From Candidatus Binatia bacterium (GTDB lineage: Bacteria > Desulfobacterota > Binatia > UBA1149 > CAITLU01): a stretch of 64,000 nucleotides of DNA. The DNA lies in the NCBI GenBank assembly GCA_047611725.1, contig JBLFWR010000002.1, positions 26,607 through 90,606 on the forward strand, written 5' to 3'. Below the pieces are notes generated by a model. The model made no database searches. It worked only from the letters and a program-made list of their open reading frames with translations, and had not been told where the DNA came from. A program made the translations under genes and the position numbers. This document shows positions 59,303-64,000 of this stretch, one piece after another; position 1 is the first letter of the stretch, and each line of letters starts with the position of its first letter.

Positions 59303-60205
59303 ATGACGGTCCTAGGCCTGGCGATGAGTTTATTGATTGGCGTTTCGCTTGGTCTGTTCGGGGGCGGCGGGTCAATTCTTACCGTTCCACTTCTCGTCTA
59401 CGTCTTCGGCTTAGATGCCAAGACGGCGATCGCGAGTTCACTTCTCATTGTCGGCATAGCCAGTGCTTCGGGCGCCTTGCAGCACTGGTGGGCTGGCAAC
59501 CTTCGGATCAAAACAGGTTTGGTTTTTGGCACCAGCGGTATGGTCGGCGCCTACTTCGGCGGCAGAGCGGGCGCGTTTCTGGACGGGCCACTTTTGCTGC
59601 TGCTTTTCTCTGCAACCATGGTTCTTACGGCTGCAGCCATGTGGCGGGGTCGCTCAACTCCAACCCCCTCGGCAACATACGAGCGAAACAACCGGCGCCT
59701 GCTCCAGCAAGGACTGGCCGTAGGCAGCTTCACTGGACTGGTCGGTGCTGGCGGTGGGTTTCTCATTGTCCCGGCGCTGGCATTATGGGCGGGTCTTCCG
59801 ATGCGTGCCGCCGTCGGCACGTCGCTGTTCATTATCGTGCTCAACACTGGTGCCGGGTTTTCCGGCTACGCAAGCCACGTAGCGGTCGATTACCCACTGA
59901 TCGGAAAGATCGCGATCGCCGCAATTATTGGATCATTCGCAGGCTCTCGCCTTTCTGATCACGTTGACCCAAACTCCTTGCGTCGTGGCTTTGCCGGATT
60001 CGTCGGCGTCATGGCGGCATTTATTTTTGTTCGAGAAGCCGACGCCTGGGCTCGCATTGCAAAAGACGCTCTTCCCGATTCCGTCCCGCAGATGGCGTTC
60101 GCGCTGGTCATGCTCGCCATCGGTGTTTTCGCAGGGCGTACGACCCAGTCAGGACCACAGCAAACCTCGGCAAGCCCCGTTTTTTCGAATGGCGGTGGAA
60201 TCTAA
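59303..60205 (+). CDS. TauE/SafE-family sulfite/sulfonate exporter (TSUP)
   Basis: LLIGVSLGLFGGGGSILTVPLLVY and internal duplication. Confidence 0.85.
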   Translation: MTVLGLAMSLLIGVSLGLFGGGGSILTVPLLVYVFGLDAKTAIASSLLIVGIASASGALQHWWAGNLRIKTGLVFGTSGMVGAYFGGRAGAFLDGPLLLLLFSATMVLTAAAMWRGRSTPTPSATYERNNRRLLQQGLAVGSFTGLVGAGGGFLIVPALALWAGLPMRAAVGTSLFIIVLNTGAGFSGYASHVAVDYPLIGKIAIAAIIGSFAGSRLSDHVDPNSLRRGFAGFVGVMAAFIFVREADAWARIAKDALPDSVPQMAFALVMLAIGVFAGRTTQSGPQQTSASPVFSNGGGI

Positions 60206-60275
60206 TCACGAACCACGACGCCAATCGGTCCAATTCCAAACGGCTGCTTAACCCGATTCTTCGAAAGAGGCCTAG

Positions 60276-60713
60276 ATGATGGAAACAAGTTTCACTCCGT
60301 GGGCTGGGATAACTGGCGGCGCGTTGATCGGACTGGCCAGCGCGATGCTCCTTCTGGCCCGAGGTCGAATCGCGGGAATCAGCGGCATCCTCGGCCGCAG
60401 CTTTTTTGCGACTGCCGACGATCGTGGCTGGCACTTCGCATTTTTGTTCGGCCTACCGCTGGGGTCCTGGTTCGCCATGGTGGCGACCTCGGATGCGGCC
60501 GGATTCACGATCACGGCGAACCCGCTTCTTCTCATCGGCGGCGGACTTCTTGTCGGCATCGGAACGCAAATGGGCAACGGCTGCACAAGCGGACACGGCG
60601 TTTGCGGCATGGCTCGTGGTTCAAAGCGCTCGATCATCGCCACACTTACTTTTATGGGCACCGCAGGCGTTACAGTCTTCATCATCCGCCACGTCATTGG
60701 GGGCGCCCTGTGA
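60276..60713 (+). CDS. YeeE/YedE-family sulfur-transport membrane protein (half-transporter 1)
   Basis: Conserved GxGxxxxGGC...GxC pattern (GTQMGNGCTSGHGVCG). Confidence 0.75.
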   Translation: MMETSFTPWAGITGGALIGLASAMLLLARGRIAGISGILGRSFFATADDRGWHFAFLFGLPLGSWFAMVATSDAAGFTITANPLLLIGGGLLVGIGTQMGNGCTSGHGVCGMARGSKRSIIATLTFMGTAGVTVFIIRHVIGGAL

Positions 60714-61132
60714 AAACTGTCATCGCAGGGGTATGCGGCATCGTCTTCGGAGTTGGGCTGGGCGTTTCCGGAATGACCAACCCGGCCAAGGTGCTGGCCT
60801 TTCTTGATGTCGCCGGTAGTTGGGATCCGACACTGGCACTTGTCATGGGAGCTGCGCTTAGCGTGAGCACGGTCGGCTACGCGCTGGCGGGAACTCGCGA
60901 ACGGCCATGGCTGGCAGATGCTTTCGAGATCCCAACCCGCCAAGACCTGGACCCCTCATTGTTTGGTGGGGCGATCCTGTTTGGAATTGGCTGGGGCTTG
61001 GTCGGTCTTTGCCCTGGACCCGCGTTGGCCAACCTTTCACGCGGATCGGGTAGCGCCTGGTTGTTCGTAGCGGCCATGATCGCCGGAGTTCTCGCGTATC
61101 GAGCAGCGACACAAGAGCCCAAACGGGCCTAG
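60710..61132 (+). CDS. YeeE/YedE-family sulfur-transport membrane protein (half-transporter 2)
   Basis: GTGA overlap start; MTNPAKVLAFLDVAG...GIGWGLVGLCPGPA. Confidence 0.75.
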   Translation: MKTVIAGVCGIVFGVGLGVSGMTNPAKVLAFLDVAGSWDPTLALVMGAALSVSTVGYALAGTRERPWLADAFEIPTRQDLDPSLFGGAILFGIGWGLVGLCPGPALANLSRGSGSAWLFVAAMIAGVLAYRAATQEPKRA

Positions 61133-61146
61133 GCAGAAAGAACTTT

Positions 61147-62553
61147 CTAGAACTGAAAGTAGATAAACGCTGAGCCCGCCCCGGAGGCGGCGACCGCCAA
61201 CCCGACGGCAACGCCGAACATCGTTCCTTCGACCACGCCGGCGAACGGCCCATTGCCCAGACGGGCGCGCACTGCTGGCATACGCGGGCGCAGCCAGCGC
61301 TCCACGATGTGCGAAGCAAAGGCCACGGCAACGATCAGTGTCGCCAGCACCGGCCACGGCTGCCCCCGCCAAGCTCCAAACATCGCCTTGAGCATAGCCC
61401 ACGCGATAGTCAGGTTGGGGGCTCGGAATACGAGGAAGAGCAGCGCCGCGGCGCTGAACATCGCGAAGACGCGCCAGACATCGCTTAGAGCGAACGGCCG
61501 TTCTGGATCTCGACGCACCCTGGTCACAAGTCGATGTCCGACCAACAGCAAGCCGTGACCGCCTCCCCAAGCCAGATACGTCCAACCAGCTCCGTGCCAA
61601 AGTCCTCCCAGAAGCATGGTTAAGAACAAGTTGAGCTGAGTACGCACCTTGCCGTGTCGGTTGCCGCCTAACGGAACGTAAAGGTAGTCACGAAGCCAGT
61701 GTGAAAGCGTAATGTGCCATCGATTCCAAAACTCACTCGGGTCCCGCGAGAGATACGGTTCCTTGAAATTGAGCGGGAGTTCGTAGCCAAGCAACAAGGC
61801 CATGCCACGCGCCATGTCGGTGTATCCAGAAAAATCGAAATAGATCTGCAGCGCGAACGCGTAGGCAGCAATCAGTTGGAACGAGGCCGGGTCGAAGCCG
61901 CGGTTGCCGAAGACTTCGTTGACGAAGGGAGCAAGAAAGAAGTCGCCAAGTACGACCTTCTTCAACAGGCCGGAAGACAAGAGCCAAAGGCCACGCCGGT
62001 CGCGATCTCGCGAGTTGAAGCCCCCGGTTTCCAGTTGCGGCAGTAGCTCGGCGCCGCGCAAAATTGGACCGGCAATGAGCTGCGGAAAGAAAACAATGAA
62101 CAGGGCGTAACGTCGAAACGAAGCCGGCACAGCGATCGTGCCCCGGTATACGTCGATGGTCAGCCCGAGTAGCTGGAAGGAATAGAACGAAATTCCCAAT
62201 GGCAAAACGAACTCGATTAAGGGCGGCGAAAAACCCCACAACCCTTCAGTGAGCGGCGCCACGCTAGCCAAGAAGAAATCGGCATACTTGAACGTGCTTA
62301 GAATTCCGAGGGTCCAAACGACCGCGGCAGCCAGCCAGCGACGGGGCCGATCAGAGGTCGCGAGCTTCCCGAGAATCCACCAGTTCACGGCCAGGTCTGC
62401 GCCCAGCAAAAGCAGATAAGCCGGGTGCCACAGGCCATAGAAAACCAGGCTACTACCCAGCAGCCACCCGCGACGCGCCCGAGGCCCAAGCAAGCGCATC
62501 AGGAACAAGACGACTGCGAAGAAGACTCCGAACTGAACGCTGTTGAACAGCAC
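61147..62553 (-). CDS. MBOAT-family membrane O-acyltransferase (AlgI/DltB-like)
   Basis: ~10 TM with conserved His; ORF to 62640, GTG at 62551-62553 overlaps partner stop (TAGTG). Confidence 0.85.
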   Translation of the reverse strand: MLFNSVQFGVFFAVVLFLMRLLGPRARRGWLLGSSLVFYGLWHPAYLLLLGADLAVNWWILGKLATSDRPRRWLAAAVVWTLGILSTFKYADFFLASVAPLTEGLWGFSPPLIEFVLPLGISFYSFQLLGLTIDVYRGTIAVPASFRRYALFIVFFPQLIAGPILRGAELLPQLETGGFNSRDRDRRGLWLLSSGLLKKVVLGDFFLAPFVNEVFGNRGFDPASFQLIAAYAFALQIYFDFSGYTDMARGMALLLGYELPLNFKEPYLSRDPSEFWNRWHITLSHWLRDYLYVPLGGNRHGKVRTQLNLFLTMLLGGLWHGAGWTYLAWGGGHGLLLVGHRLVTRVRRDPERPFALSDVWRVFAMFSAAALLFLVFRAPNLTIAWAMLKAMFGAWRGQPWPVLATLIVAVAFASHIVERWLRPRMPAVRARLGNGPFAGVVEGTMFGVAVGLAVAASGAGSAFIYFQF

Positions 62554-63779
62554 TAGGGTCGTTCTCCAAGAAGCTCGCGCACCGCTTCCATCAAACGAGT
62601 ACTGAGCCGCGCCACACCATCGGCTTGGTTCGGCGGGCAAAGGTGATCGCCTTGATCACAGAATGCCGAATCGGGCAGAAAATCATGCAGGTCGAGGAAT
62701 TCGGCTTGCGCGCGAGTCGAAACGGTTCGCACGGAGTTCAGGGTTTTCGCCAGACCAACCTCGTTCAACACATTGATGGAGCGCAGGTACTCAATGTTTC
62801 GCGGGGCGACGTAAACAAGAACCTCAGTGCCGTACTCACGTAGGATCTCGACGGTAGCCTCCAACGCCTTGAGCGCCGGATGGTTGGTCGCGGCCCCAGC
62901 CATCGTCGGGTCGAAGATAACGTGTGCAAAGAGTTCGGTGGCGCGGCTACGTCCATCCCCGCTGTGGGTCTGAATATCGGGAACGGCCATCGTGCCAGCG
63001 GCTATCGCACGCGGGGTAGCAGTGGTGACTTGCGGCAACGTACGGCGGCGCAACGACTGAGCAGCATCGTTGTAGATTTGATTGGCTCGCACCTGCATGC
63101 GCTGCACCTGCCGAAGAGCTTGGAGGCCTCCAACTGCGTAGGTGCTGCGCCAAGTGATCATTGTGTCGGTAGAAAGACCGAACTTAGAAAGAGGTAAACG
63201 CGCAATGCCTTCCGGCCACCTCGCAGCCGGGAGCAACGCGGCGTAGGGCGTGTTGTCGGTCTTGAAGATCTGATCAGCAAGTTCGAGCAAGTTGAACTCG
63301 ACAATGGCGAGTTGCGGCTTAAGCGCGCCCACCCGGTCGGAGATCATCCAGAAGCCAAGTGGGCCAAGGCCAGGGTTCACCACGTCTACCAGATCGCCGC
63401 CACCATGGTCCTTGAATTCCGATTTGATCCGCTCGCGTAGGCCGACCAGCACACTGTCGGTGTAACAATCGAGCTCCGAGCCCGGATTTAAGACGTTGCA
63501 TTGAAAGGCCAAGGTCAAAGAATCGCCGAACAAAGCGACCCGATGGGTGCTCGGTGACGTTGCGGCACCGGCTTTCAGCTTCTCGTCTAAGCCGACAACC
63601 GAATCGCTGGTCACCGCAGGTATGCCGGGTCGAACGTACTCAACCGACGTCGCGATCACTCGCAACGTGACCAGTAGGCCCACGGCAGATGCGCAGAGGC
63701 ACGCCAAAGCCCAAGCTCGAGTTCGAGTTCCAGTTCCAGTTCCAGTTCGAGATGACGAATGCGATCGGGTGGTGTTCAA
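62553..63779 (-). CDS. SGNH-fold periplasmic partner of MBOAT (AlgJ/AlgX/DltD-like O-acetyltransferase)
   Basis: N-terminal signal-anchor after (TG)n; block I ALFGDSLT; TTG start overlapping stop of upstream gene. Confidence 0.6.
   Translation of the reverse strand: MNTTRSHSSSRTGTGTGTRTRAWALACLCASAVGLLVTLRVIATSVEYVRPGIPAVTSDSVVGLDEKLKAGAATSPSTHRVALFGDSLTLAFQCNVLNPGSELDCYTDSVLVGLRERIKSEFKDHGGGDLVDVVNPGLGPLGFWMISDRVGALKPQLAIVEFNLLELADQIFKTDNTPYAALLPAARWPEGIARLPLSKFGLSTDTMITWRSTYAVGGLQALRQVQRMQVRANQIYNDAAQSLRRRTLPQVTTATPRAIAAGTMAVPDIQTHSGDGRSRATELFAHVIFDPTMAGAATNHPALKALEATVEILREYGTEVLVYVAPRNIEYLRSINVLNEVGLAKTLNSVRTVSTRAQAEFLDLHDFLPDSAFCDQGDHLCPPNQADGVARLSTRLMEAVRELLGERP
63715..63750 (-). repeat. 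Hexanucleotide microsatellite (GTTCSA)x6 encoding TGTGTGTRTR in N-terminus of SGNH partner
   Basis: Seen directly; in-frame. Confidence 0.6.
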
Positions 63780-64000
63780 ACTTCACTCAGGCGGAAGCGA
63801 AGCTCCCATTCAAGGCCGTCCACGGCCGAGTTCTCTACTGTGAATGCCGATAAGGCGCGTCGTCGGAGCTCGGAAGCGTCCGCGAGTTCGGCACCGATCG
63901 CTACGCGTTCGGTGCTTACATCAATAGTAATGAGCGCCACCCCCGGCATCGGCGGACCCTAACACCGCATCGACGGCAGAGGAATCGAGGCGCCTCGGGT
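63776..64000 (-). CDS. C-terminal end of unidentified gene running into window from right, translationally coupled to SGNH partner
   Basis: Open minus-strand frame ...ITIDVSTERVAIGAELADASELRRRALSAFTVENSAVDGLEWELRFRLSEV stop at 63776-63778. Confidence 0.3.

Noticed and set aside
60299-61132. 277-aa ORF spanning both YeeE genes
   Set aside because: Only its last 140 codons (from GTG 60710) give a YeeE-like sequence; the upstream part is an out-of-frame shadow of the first YeeE gene.
1-64000. CRISPR arrays, rRNA or tRNA genes
   Set aside because: No spaced direct-repeat arrays and no tRNA-like cloverleaf signatures (GTTCRANYC T-loop with matching acceptor) were seen in the intergenic regions inspected; cannot be fully excluded without a scan.

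Overview
This is a high-GC segment of a Gram-negative bacterial chromosome. Signal peptides, lipoproteins, outer-membrane beta-barrels and myxobacterial-type Cys-rich repeats all point that way. Roughly 60 genes could be called. Everything below was inferred by eye from the translations and the raw sequence, with no database searches, so family assignments and coordinates outside the ORF track (about +/-2 nt) need confirmation.

Content of the window:
- Housekeeping genes: recQ, TrmH-family methyltransferase, DEAD-box helicase, an S1-domain protein, and MscS.
- Energy metabolism: a single-chain pyruvate:ferredoxin oxidoreductase, a KorA-like gene, and a pdo/tauE/yeeE sulfur module.
- Lipid and membrane genes: two desaturases, each with a divergent regulator (AraC-family and TetR-family), a cytochrome P450, an MBOAT/SGNH O-acyltransferase pair, and a GT2 glycosyltransferase.
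- Transporters: a SulP/beta-carbonic-anhydrase fusion, a DUF4212 plus VC_2705-type sodium:solute symporter pair, and a Na/Pi cotransporter.

The most striking locus (about 45.3-51.9 kb) is a porin-cytochrome gene cluster. It encodes a periplasmic octaheme lipoprotein cytochrome, a 762-aa MtrB/PioB-like outer-membrane barrel, a monoheme cytochrome c and a NapC/CymA-like tetraheme cytochrome, all translationally coupled. A 9-heme lipoprotein cytochrome is encoded divergently. Pyruvate:ferredoxin oxidoreductase and the sulfur module sit immediately downstream. This looks like an extracellular electron-transfer conduit of mixed Mto/Pio/Geobacter-Pcc architecture.

Other notable loci:
- A repeat-rich accessory islet at 31.06-34.1 kb. 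It carries an MNT/HepT toxin-antitoxin pair and a DUF222-HNH endonuclease, framed by at least five copies of a 22-bp palindrome (CAACAGTCTGCGCAGACTGTTG) embedded in larger composite repeats.
- A gene-decay scar at 19.7-21.5 kb. The last ~110 codons of a [NiFe]-hydrogenase large subunit abut the last ~60 codons of an IS3-type transposase. An intact maturation protease is orphaned next to it, and the neighbouring KorA-like gene is N-truncated with no KorB.
- Three more disrupted genes: a Cys-rich repeat protein, a WS/DGAT acyltransferase and a histidine-kinase tail.
- A Slam-like TPR plus beta-barrel operon.
- Candidate operator repeats upstream of the symporter operon.
- A possible 39-aa Cys-containing peptide gene in an otherwise empty 0.8 kb gap.

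No CRISPR array, rRNA or tRNA was seen.
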